DNA of 39,716 nt from Candidatus Scatosoma sp. GTDB taxonomy: Bacteria; Bacillota; Clostridia; Christensenellales; Borkfalkiaceae. Numbering within the stretch: the first letter of the stretch is position 1; each line of letters opens with the position of its first letter. This document shows, in pieces, positions 1 through 6,101 of the stretch. The position numbers and the translations under genes are program-made. The notes beneath the pieces are model-generated. The model had not been told where the DNA came from and ran no database searches. It was given only the letters and a program-made list of their open reading frames with translations. The stretch lies in NCBI GenBank assembly GCA_045635025.1, contig JAZRBK010000188.1, positions 1-39,716 on the forward strand, written 5' to 3'.

Positions 1-591
1 GTCATTAGCCAACTGTTCAGCCTGCGCCGCTTTTTTTTGGTCGTAGGCTTTCTTTTGGTCGATGATGTATTGCGCTTGCTCCTGCGTTAAGTCCTCCAAC
101 TTGTCAACGCCGAACTTGCGGAGCGTGTTTTCCACCTTTACGCCGAGCACGGTAAATTCCGCCTTTTGCGCCTCCGTGATTTTCGGTGCGGGAGCATTCG
201 CCTCCGCTTCGGGCAAGTCCTCCCCTGCGTAAATATACAAGCCAAGTCCGTGGCGAGCGCAAGCCTTTGTCAGCGACCTTTGAATTGCCTTGTTCACATC
301 AAAGGAATTGACCTCCTCCAAAGGAATTGGCATATTCTTGCTGTTCATAACGGGCAAATACTCGATATGCTCCAAGCCCTCAATGGTAACGCCCGTCTTT
401 ACCCAACAAGTCCTGCCGTCCGTGTGGTAGTTCAACCCCGCCGCGTTCTCATAAATCGTGTAAGTCGCGTTCGGAAACGCCTTTTTTACCTCGCTCCAAG
501 CCCACGCCCACGAAAGATAAGTAAGGTTTCCCTTTTTCTCCGTGTGTTCGTTTACATTGATTTTGCTCAAAACTTCAAAAACATTGTTCAT
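1..591 (-). CDS. Rad52-superfamily single-strand annealing protein (DUF1071/Sak3-like), allele A. The 3' end is cut by the window edge.
   Basis: It is missing from the ORF track because it runs off the edge. The minus-strand ATG is at 589-591, preceded by AAGGGGG plus 8 nt. The translation MNNVFEVLSKINVNEHTEKKGNLTYLSWAWAW... is a close homolog of ORF 38836..39450. I recall the YLSWAWAW motif from DUF1071-type phage SSAPs. Confidence 0.75.
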   Translation of the reverse strand, partial: MNNVFEVLSKINVNEHTEKKGNLTYLSWAWAWSEVKKAFPNATYTIYENAAGLNYHTDGRTCWVKTGVTIEGLEHIEYLPVMNSKNMPIPLEEVNSFDVNKAIQRSLTKACARHGLGLYIYAGEDLPEAEANAPAPKITEAQKAEFTVLGVKVENTLRKFGVDKLEDLTQEQAQYIIDQKKAYDQKKAAQAEQLAND

Positions 592-606
592 TTTTTATTC
601 CCCCTT

Positions 607-1197
607 TTAATAATTCACGGCTTCTTGCCTGTTAATGAAGAAGTGAATACCTGCGGCGCACTCATTCCACCTATCCTCGCAAAAGTCCTTTACCTCTACA
701 ACTCCCCCTACGCGGTAAACAAAATTACTGTCGTACTTGCTTTGCGCTTCTTTGATTTTGGCGGGCGTTCCGTCAATGGTTTGAATGGCAAGCACTTTTG
801 CCTTGTCGCAACGGCACTTGCGCCCCGTAGCCGAACAACGGCGTGCATCCGATAAAATTTCAAGTTCCACGATAACCTCACCGTTTTCGCTATTGCACTT
901 TTTGTAACCGATAAACGAGCCAAAGTCGGGGCAGGCATACGGGATAAAAGGAATATTTTTCGCGCCACGCAAGTCCGCGCCACGCAAGTCCGCGTCACGC
1001 AAGTCCGCGCCACGCAAGTACGCGCCACGCAAGTCCGCGTCACCCAAGTACGCGCCACGCAAGTCCGCGCCACGCAAGTCCGCGCCACGCAAGTCCGCGC
1101 CACGCAAGTACGCGCGCTCGCCACCTTCTTCGGCTCGCGCCCACTTGCAGTGACGCTCCAAAATATCTTTCAGTTCGTCTTTGGTAAAAGTTCTCAT
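607..1197 (-). CDS. Pentapeptide-repeat protein with a Cys-rich C-terminal domain (accessory gene, absent from the right-hand repeat copy)
   Basis: 196-aa ORF with about 11 consecutive A(D/Y)LRG pentapeptides ([17 protein letters not shown]...). The ~110-aa C-terminal domain ends in [17 protein letters not shown] is GGGGGG upstream of the ATG at 1197. Confidence 0.9.
   Translation of the reverse strand: MRTFTKDELKDILERHCKWARAEEGGERAYLRGADLRGADLRGADLRGAYLGDADLRGAYLRGADLRDADLRGADLRGAKNIPFIPYACPDFGSFIGYKKCNSENGEVIVELEILSDARRCSATGRKCRCDKAKVLAIQTIDGTPAKIKEAQSKYDSNFVYRVGGVVEVKDFCEDRWNECAAGIHFFINRQEAVNY
961..1110. repeat. Ten tandem copies of a 15-bp unit (cgcgccacgcaagtc) inside the pentapeptide-repeat gene
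   Basis: Units counted directly at 961, 976, 991, ... 1096. Each has 0-2 mismatches. An eleventh, degenerate unit lies at 1111-1125. Confidence 0.95.
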
Positions 1198-1221
1198 TCT
1201 TAAACCCCCCTTGTGTTTTTG

Positions 1222-1236
1222 GGGGCTTTCCGCCCC
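1222..1236 (-). promoter_or_regulatory. Conserved 5'-UTR stem-loop (RNA GGGGC-GGAAA-GCCCC)
   Basis: The identical 15-mer also occurs at 32675..32689 and 39467..39481. Each copy sits just downstream of a predicted -10 and upstream of an RBS. Confidence 0.5.
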
Positions 1237-1248
1237 TTTGATACCTCT

Positions 1249-1277
1249 ATTGTATCACACTTTCACCGCATTGTCAA
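1249..1277 (-). promoter_or_regulatory. Sigma-70/SigA-type promoter: TTGACA, 17-nt spacer, TACAAT with TGn extension
   Basis: On the minus strand, TTGACA is at 1277-1272 and TACAAT at 1254-1249, with exactly 17 nt between. An A-rich UP-like tract lies upstream at 1280-1305. Confidence 0.7.
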
Positions 1278-1304
1278 CACTTTGCATAAAATTTTTTCAA
1301 CTTT

Positions 1305-1340
1305 TTTCTCTAAAACAATAACCCCCTTATAGGGGGTTAT
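1305..1340 (-). terminator. Rho-independent terminator after gene 1342..1737
   Basis: A 10-bp stem ATAACCCCCT/AGGGGGTTAT (1318-1340) with a 3-nt loop is followed on the minus strand by TGTTTTAG. Confidence 0.6.
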
Positions 1341-1341
1341 G

Positions 1342-1737
1342 TCATCGCACTTTATTTTTGTTAATCGTCACCACCCGCGCTATTCCGTGTGGGTGTATTT
1401 TTTCCTCGCGCGCCTCCTGCGGCAACAGCGTACAATACTGTGAATAGGTTATCCGTTCGGTTGGTTGGTACTTGCACTCGGAGCGCAGTTTTTCCACGAA
1501 GTTCGCCCCGCGTTCGTTAAATACGCCGTATGGGTCGTCCTTGAAAAAGCGTTCGATTTTGTCCGTGTTGCGCTTTATGCGGAAAAGTTTACATTCCTTT
1601 GAAGCCCCGTCGGGCAAGCCGTTCCGCAGGCGGTTGTATCGCTCGGCGTAGTTCTTGTAATCGTGAATTGCCATTCGCGCGACTTCGGTCAAAAGGTTAA
1701 TGCAACATTCAATCGCGGTATCGCAAAGCGTCACCAT
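1342..1737 (-). CDS. Hypothetical protein (131 aa)
   Basis: ORF track. The start overlaps the stop of the upstream gene. A homologous 3' end is present at 39587..39716. Confidence 0.8.
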   Translation of the reverse strand: MVTLCDTAIECCINLLTEVARMAIHDYKNYAERYNRLRNGLPDGASKECKLFRIKRNTDKIERFFKDDPYGVFNERGANFVEKLRSECKYQPTERITYSQYCTLLPQEAREEKIHPHGIARVVTINKNKVR

Positions 1738-2243
1738 TGTTCCGCCCCTCCGATAGTCAAACGGACGCGCCCCTTTAATGAATAGTACGGGGAAAAACGC
1801 CCGTATCGCTCAATCGACCAATTCACCTTTGCGACCCATTCCGCGATGTCAACGGTTTCTTTTGCAATTTGATTTCCGCTGTACTTGTAAAAATCGCCGT
1901 CCTTTAACATCATAGCCATTGAATAGCGCGACTTGTATTTGACGATTTCCTTTTCGGCGTTATTCACGAACCCTACGCCAATCCCGAACATAACCGCACC
2001 GATAGTAACAATAATGACGATAGCGAGGACAAACTTTCGGAAGTTCCGCTTGAAATAGGCTACGCGCGAAAGATATGCTCCATTTTTACCGTAATATAAT
2101 TTCTTAACCCCCGTATCGGGACTTTCCTTTTTTTTCTCGGCGTTTTCCTTGCGCCACAACGCAAACGCGATTAAGTGGTATGTCACCACCAAGCCTGCCG
2201 CCACCGCGATAAACACGATAGCCAAAATGTAATATCCGTTCAT
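1731..2243 (-). CDS. Membrane protein with two predicted TM helices (170 aa)
   Basis: ORF track. Hydrophobic segments are YYILAIVFIAVAAGLVVTYHLIAFALW and FVLAIVIIVTIGAVMFGIGVGFV. It has an ATGA overlap with the upstream gene. Confidence 0.8.
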   Translation of the reverse strand: MNGYYILAIVFIAVAAGLVVTYHLIAFALWRKENAEKKKESPDTGVKKLYYGKNGAYLSRVAYFKRNFRKFVLAIVIIVTIGAVMFGIGVGFVNNAEKEIVKYKSRYSMAMMLKDGDFYKYSGNQIAKETVDIAEWVAKVNWSIERYGRFSPYYSLKGRVRLTIGGAEQW

Positions 2244-2566
2244 TTTTTATTCCCCCTTTTATTTATTTCGGATAACGCTTTATTTATTTCGTATAACTCT
2301 TGAAGAAGCGTCCATCGTTTTCCACACATTCTTTGACGCAATGCACTCTCTATCATTGCTTTCTCCCGTAGCAAATTGGCACGCTTCGGCTTTTCTCTTG
2401 ATATTTCAGCCATAAGCATATCGGCTTGTCGTAACTGCTCAAAATAACCTTTCGGATAAATCGGCGTTCCGTCGGCGCGCATAACATCAATACATTTGAT
2501 AGTGTCGCTTATTCCGTTTTCGTCAAGCATTGTTTTCCCCCTTTTGGGCGGAATAGGCTGTTTCAT
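2240..2566 (-). CDS. Hypothetical protein; start uncertain (ATG at 2566, or ATG at 2530 with a stronger AAAGGGGG RBS)
   Basis: The ORF-track version (2240..2674) would run into the tRNA-like element and has no RBS. Both internal ATGs do have RBSs. Confidence 0.7.
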   Translation of the reverse strand: MKQPIPPKRGKTMLDENGISDTIKCIDVMRADGTPIYPKGYFEQLRQADMLMAEISREKPKRANLLREKAMIESALRQRMCGKRWTLLQELYEINKALSEINKRGNKK

Positions 2567-2641
2567 CACCGCCCCTTGCGCTTCCTCCGCGCTTTGCGTT
2601 ATTTTGCCGCCATCTGCGGCGAGGTTCGCCACCCCTCCTTG

Positions 2642-2711
2642 TGGGCGGTAGCGGTTTCGACCCGCCGACCTCACGGTTGTTGCCGTGCGCGCTTCCCTGC
2701 GCTAACCGCCC
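2642..2711 (-). tRNA. tRNA-like element (70 nt) with a full cloverleaf but non-canonical anticodon and T loops
   Basis: The minus strand reads GGGCGGT TA GCGC AGGGAA GCGC G CACGG CAACAA CCGTG AGGTC GGCGG GTCGAAA CCGCT ACCGCCC A. This gives a 7-bp acceptor stem, a 4-bp D stem, a 5-bp anticodon stem and a 5-bp T stem (one G-U). The anticodon loop has 6 nt (or 8 nt with a 4-bp stem) and contains no U. The T loop starts with G instead of T, and no CCA is encoded. Confidence 0.55.
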
Positions 2712-2722
2712 TCGTTACCTTT

Positions 2723-2752
2723 ATTATACCATACTTTGCCATAGTTTTTACA
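2723..2752 (-). promoter_or_regulatory. Extended -10 promoter (TGGTATAAT, weak -35) placed 11 nt upstream of the tRNA-like 5' end
   Basis: TATAAT is at 2728-2723 on the minus strand. The GGTATAATAAAGGTAA block is identical to the promoter at 4777..4806. Confidence 0.5.
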
Positions 2753-2801
2753 TCAGTAAATTTTATGGGTGGTATAAATACAGTTTATCGCTTATCCCCC
2801 T

Positions 2802-3005
2802 TTAAGTCATACGAACCTTGCGTCTTACTTCCCTTAAATACCTTTTCAAGTTCCGTTTCAGTTTTTCCACGCTCACACGCATACTCACTTTGCAAACCTC
2901 GCCGTTCGTCCTTTTCACGGGCGTTCTTATGCGCCGTACCTCGCGGACAACCTTTCCGTCACGGAGAAAGTAAAAGCCGTCCTTTACTACTTGCAACTTC
3001 CTCAT
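2802..3005 (-). CDS. Hypothetical basic protein (67 aa)
   Basis: ORF track; ATGA overlap with the upstream gene. Confidence 0.7.
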   Translation of the reverse strand: MRKLQVVKDGFYFLRDGKVVREVRRIRTPVKRTNGEVCKVSMRVSVEKLKRNLKRYLREVRRKVRMT

Positions 3006-3349
3006 TTTTTAACCCCTATTATAGGGCACGCCCATACCTCACCTATGCGTTCCTTTTTTATCGGTAGAAGTGGTCGAAAATGCGGCGGGATAGGTTGCCC
3101 CAATTCCTTAAAAGTGCCCAAGTTGTAAACGGTGATTTCCCCGCCGTTGAACTCAATCGCGCACTTATAGGCTTGTCCGTCTTTCCCGCAATAATAAGCG
3201 AACCAATCTCCGTTGCTTGTCCTCTCCTTTCGCATAAGTTTTTGCGCCGCCCTTTTAATCGTATATGCGGTTGGGCGATACTTACCGTCATAAGCGCCTA
3301 TGCAATAGCCAAACCAAGTTTCGGTTTTTAATCTTTGTAAGTCTATCAT
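3002..3349 (-). CDS. Hypothetical protein (115 aa)
   Basis: ORF track; ATGA overlaps at both ends. Confidence 0.8.
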   Translation of the reverse strand: MIDLQRLKTETWFGYCIGAYDGKYRPTAYTIKRAAQKLMRKERTSNGDWFAYYCGKDGQAYKCAIEFNGGEITVYNLGTFKELGQPIPPHFRPLLPIKKERIGEVWACPIIGVKK

Positions 3350-3480
3350 TTTTCCTTTTTCCCCTGCCGTGCCATAGACGCTCTTATCGCGCGCCCCTGC
3401 CTTTCCGCCTGCGCTTTAGTGGGGTATGTTTTCCCAACCGTTCCCCACTTATAACCGCCTTTAACTTTCCTTACGGGCAT
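3346..3480 (-). CDS. Small basic protein (44 aa, MPVRKVKGGYKWGTVGKTYPTKAQAERQGRAIRASMARQGKKEK)
   Basis: Hand-translated because it is below the ORF-track size cutoff. It has an ATGA overlap with the downstream gene. I recall the KVKGGYKWG...GK.Y.TK.QAE.Q..AI.AS pattern from small phage proteins. Confidence 0.6.
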   Translation of the reverse strand: MPVRKVKGGYKWGTVGKTYPTKAQAERQGRAIRASMARQGKKEK

Positions 3481-3640
3481 TGTTCATTTCCTCCTCATAT
3501 ACCGCTTTGATTTCCTCAAAGGTAAGGCTTTCTTTGTGTTCCGTGTTCATTTTCCTTAACAGCGCGCCATAAAGCCGCATTTTGCCCCTCTCTATTCCGT
3601 TCGCAATGGCTTTGTCAAAAGTTTCTTCAACAATGCTCAT
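3461..3640 (-). CDS. Small hypothetical protein (59 aa, MSIVEETFDKAIANGIERGK...)
   Basis: Hand-translated. It has an ATGA overlap with the stop of 3637..3897 and fills an otherwise empty gap. Confidence 0.6.
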   Translation of the reverse strand: MSIVEETFDKAIANGIERGKMRLYGALLRKMNTEHKESLTFEEIKAVYEEEMNNARKES

Positions 3641-3897
3641 TCGTCCTTATCCCCCTTTATTGTTTTGTCGATAATGTCCTGCAACTGCGAGGGGACGCTT
3701 TTGCTGTTCTCCCCGAACGCCGTGCCGTCATTTATTGCCTTTGTCAAAACTTCCTTAAAACTCTCCCCAAAGCCGCGCTCCTTTGCGATGTTGTATATCG
3801 CCGTGATAATGCAACTCGTGTCCGCAAACATAAATTCGGGGAAATTGTTGGTAGTTTCAATTTTCGTCATTCCCAATATCGTTGTCACCGCAATCAT
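3637..3897 (-). CDS. Hypothetical protein (86 aa)
   Basis: ORF track; AGGAGG RBS 9 nt upstream of the ATG at 3897. Confidence 0.75.
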   Translation of the reverse strand: MIAVTTILGMTKIETTNNFPEFMFADTSCIITAIYNIAKERGFGESFKEVLTKAINDGTAFGENSKSVPSQLQDIIDKTIKGDKDE

Positions 3898-4027
3898 CGT
3901 CCTTTTCCTCCTGCTCGGTCTTTTTCTTCTTTTTAATTCGCCACTTGATAAATAGGTATGTCACATACGCAAACCAAGCCGCCAACAGTAACAAGCCGCC
4001 GAGCGTCCACGCCTGTTTTTCCGTCAT
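3857..4027 (-). CDS. Small single-pass membrane protein (56 aa, MTEKQAWTLGGLLLLAAWFAYVTYLFIKW...)
   Basis: Hand-translated. It has an ATGA overlap with the stop of 4024..4347, and a hydrophobic helix is followed by a KKKKK/acidic tail. Confidence 0.5.
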   Translation of the reverse strand: MTEKQAWTLGGLLLLAAWFAYVTYLFIKWRIKKKKKTEQEEKDDDCGDNDIGNDEN

Positions 4028-4347
4028 AGTTCCTCCACGCCGAACTCGTTTTCTATATCTTCAAAGATACACGGGTCAAATGTCACGATAGGGCTGTGCG
4101 GAGAAGATGGATAATCATATCCAAAATGTCCGTTCTCCTTAAGAAAATCAATTATTTTCTTCACCGTTTCCTTTCGTACTTCGTCGGCTTTGCGATAACC
4201 TGCGTCAACCAAAACACCCAAATGGCACTCGTCACAATGCAAAGCACATTCCGTATGGGAAAAATGGTCACAAAGATTTTGTTCTCTAAATTCCGATATG
4301 GTATCTTCCATACCTTTTATGCGTTTATCCCTTTCTTGTTCAGTCAT
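4024..4347 (-). CDS. Hypothetical Cys/His-rich protein (107 aa) carrying a YRKADEVRKE motif
   Basis: ORF track. The motif and its underlying DNA are shared with 6424..6834. Confidence 0.8.
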   Translation of the reverse strand: MTEQERDKRIKGMEDTISEFREQNLCDHFSHTECALHCDECHLGVLVDAGYRKADEVRKETVKKIIDFLKENGHFGYDYPSSPHSPIVTFDPCIFEDIENEFGVEEL

Positions 4348-4747
4348 AAATCGTCACCCCCCTCTCTTTTACATTGTGTTTGAAGCCGAACCCCACCGAC
4401 GGGGAAAGCCCTTTGAAATAGTTTCTTGCAAAGGTTTCACAGTCATAGTCAACGCCGTCAATTTCGACCAACTCGCCGCCGCAGTCCGTAAAGCCCACGA
4501 TATTCTTGTCCGAGAATACGCCGCTAACGCTCCCTGCAAGCACCATTGTTTCCACCGCGTCCGCAAGCCTCTTGTCGTGGACTTCTTCCCTCAAAAACTT
4601 GCAGTACCCGTCGATTATCCCCATAGCCTCGTTTCCGCGCATATTGCGATAACAAAGGTATCGTCCCAAGCAAGCGAACACCTGCGTTTCTCCGATTTTT
4701 AAGAGGTTGTCCCCCATAAGCACATTGCCGATTTCTTTCTTAATCAT
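4340..4747 (-). CDS. Hypothetical protein (135 aa)
   Basis: ORF track; GGGGG RBS; first gene after the promoter at 4777..4806. Confidence 0.8.
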   Translation of the reverse strand: MIKKEIGNVLMGDNLLKIGETQVFACLGRYLCYRNMRGNEAMGIIDGYCKFLREEVHDKRLADAVETMVLAGSVSGVFSDKNIVGFTDCGGELVEIDGVDYDCETFARNYFKGLSPSVGFGFKHNVKERGVTIYD

Positions 4748-4776
4748 TTTGTTGTCCCCCTTGTTTTCTTACCTTT

Positions 4777-4806
4777 ATTATACCACGCATTTTTCACACC
4801 GTCCAA
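4777..4806 (-). promoter_or_regulatory. Promoter: TTGGAC, 18-nt spacer, TATAAT with TGn extension
   Basis: On the minus strand, TTGGAC is at 4806-4801 and TATAAT at 4782-4777. Confidence 0.6.
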
Positions 4807-4838
4807 TCAATAGATTTTATGGGCGGTATAAATGGGGT

Positions 4839-5252
4839 TTATACCTCGTCGCTCTTATAAGGCTTTATGCAAATATATGGGTTTAATTCTTTGTTTCGCA
4901 GTAGTTGTGCTTTCTTTATCTCCACTTCTTGCTCGACAAACAATTCGATACCGTCAACACACATTTTCAATTCCTCATAAAAGTCATTGACGGCTTTGTC
5001 CGTTTCTTCAAATCTCTTATGCTCGGTACTGCTCTTTGAACAGCCAAACATATTATAAACTTCCGTTCCAATAATGATTGTTTCTTCACTTAATTTTCGT
5101 TCTATGTATGCTCTTATGCTACCTTTTTGTATAATTCCAACAAGCACCCCAACTTCAAATGGCGAATATTGCACCAATATCGTGTATCCATTGTAATCCT
5201 TTGTCAATGGGCATTTTCCAAATCCGCAAAATATTTCATCGTAATTTTTCAT
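4839..5252 (-). CDS. Hypothetical protein (137 aa)
   Basis: ORF trimmed to MKNYDEIF, which has a GAGGGGAG RBS. Confidence 0.75.
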   Translation of the reverse strand: MKNYDEIFCGFGKCPLTKDYNGYTILVQYSPFEVGVLVGIIQKGSIRAYIERKLSEETIIIGTEVYNMFGCSKSSTEHKRFEETDKAVNDFYEELKMCVDGIELFVEQEVEIKKAQLLRNKELNPYICIKPYKSDEV

Positions 5253-5253
5253 T

Positions 5254-5559
5254 TTACCACTCCCCTCTTGTTCTATCCCTTGCAAGGTCTATTGCGACCG
5301 CCAAATCCCAACGAAAATCGTCTTTGCCCTCCATTTTTTTTGCCAAGTCCGCGACCGCTTCTTCAATGGTGTTTCCGCGCCCAACAAGATTTTTTACATC
5401 TTCGTCCCAAAACGCGATACATTCATTATCGCTTCCCGAAACCGCGCGCGGCACTTCATTGTGGGCTAAATTCCAAGCCGTGTATAACGCGCCCGAATAA
5501 GTGCCGCTGTACCTATCTTTTACAATGGTTAAAGGATAAATGTCGTCAATCTTGCTCAT
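5254..5559 (-). CDS. Hypothetical protein (101 aa)
   Basis: ORF trimmed to MSKIDDIY; ATGA overlap with the upstream stop. Confidence 0.75.
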   Translation of the reverse strand: MSKIDDIYPLTIVKDRYSGTYSGALYTAWNLAHNEVPRAVSGSDNECIAFWDEDVKNLVGRGNTIEEAVADLAKKMEGKDDFRWDLAVAIDLARDRTRGEW

Positions 5560-6101
5560 AACTCCTCCACGTAGCACCACGGCTTCGGGGCGCATTCAAC
5601 AATTCTATAACAGTCTATTCTATCCTCTTTTATTCTTTCATATTTGCAACGGTCGCAGTCGCCGTCGCAAGGATAGCCAAATTCGCTCAACGCTTTCGGC
5701 TTGTCGTAAATCTTCAAGTCGGAGATATGCAAGGCGTAGCCGTCATTGCCGCCGAGATACAACGCCAAATCTTCAAGGTAAATACACCCCTGCTTTGCCG
5801 CACGATTAAAACCCTCGTCAAACCAAGAGTTTTCAATCTCAAATACCTCGTCGCAAACAAACTCGCCAACGACCTTGCCGCTACCATTATAACAACCGAC
5901 GCCGCTTTTTGCCCAACTGTAACAAGTTTCGGAAGTTTCCTTACACCGTTTACAAGAATGCCCACCGTCCAATGTTTCATATATATACACCTTAAACGGC
6001 GTTCCACACTTCGGCACGGTCTTCCTCACCTCGACCGTCTTTTCTCCGCTTGCGATTTTTTCTACCCATTTGGGCTTTATGCTCATTAAAATGCTTCTCA
6101 T
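5556..6101 (-). CDS. ASCH (PUA-like) domain protein with a Cys-rich C-terminal extension
   Basis: The N-terminus MRSILMSIKPKWVEKIASGEKTVEVRK matches the ASCH-domain opening pattern as I recall it. The start was chosen by its ATGA overlap with the upstream stop. Confidence 0.6.
   Translation of the reverse strand: MRSILMSIKPKWVEKIASGEKTVEVRKTVPKCGTPFKVYIYETLDGGHSCKRCKETSETCYSWAKSGVGCYNGSGKVVGEFVCDEVFEIENSWFDEGFNRAAKQGCIYLEDLALYLGGNDGYALHISDLKIYDKPKALSEFGYPCDGDCDRCKYERIKEDRIDCYRIVECAPKPWCYVEEL

Larger units (their letters stand above)
1..1471. repeat. Left copy of an imperfect long direct repeat. It matches 38854..39716 but has a ~608-nt net insertion at about 592..1210.
   Basis: Eye alignment. 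The first 103 nt are identical to 38854 onward. After that there are scattered substitutions and a diverged block at the SSAP 5' end. The 5' UTR, promoter, terminator and the 3' end of the next gene are all shared, and the alignment ends at ...ggttggttggtac (1471 = 39716). Confidence 0.9.

Noticed and set aside
708-1124. A 138-aa minus-strand ORF reading [15 protein letters not shown]...
   Set aside because: It is an alternative frame of the 15-bp tandem repeat inside the pentapeptide-repeat gene. The A(D/Y)LRG frame has the RBS and the full-length ORF, and it continues into a plausible C-terminal domain.
961-1125. A possible CRISPR array, considered both for the 15-bp tandem repeats and for the spaced TTATCCACA-containing repeats at 14387-14505.
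   Set aside because: The 15-bp units are contiguous with no spacers and lie in frame within a gene. The DnaA-box units are 9-19 bp with irregular 2-22 bp gaps, far from CRISPR repeat and spacer dimensions. No cas genes are present.
1-1471. The terminal repeats read as prophage att sites or as exact DTR/cos-type ends.
   Set aside because: They are 0.9-1.5 kb long and contain whole genes and promoters. They also differ by substitutions and a 608-nt indel. Att cores are short and DTRs are identical.
2240-2674. The ORF-track version of this gene, with a long N-terminal extension. Similar 5'-extended versions exist for many ORFs, e.g. 5556..6212, 6827..7462, 28715..29473, 31827..32441 and 35149..35580.
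   Set aside because: The extensions lack RBSs and overlap upstream genes or the tRNA-like element. Internal ATGs with GGGGG/GGAGG sites and ATGA coupling explain the data better.
2642-2711. The tRNA-like element read as a phage attachment site (attP core copying a host tRNA 3' end).
   Set aside because: A full cloverleaf is present rather than a 3' fragment. It has its own promoter, and no integrase or excisionase is visible in the unit. I cannot exclude that it derives from a host tRNA.
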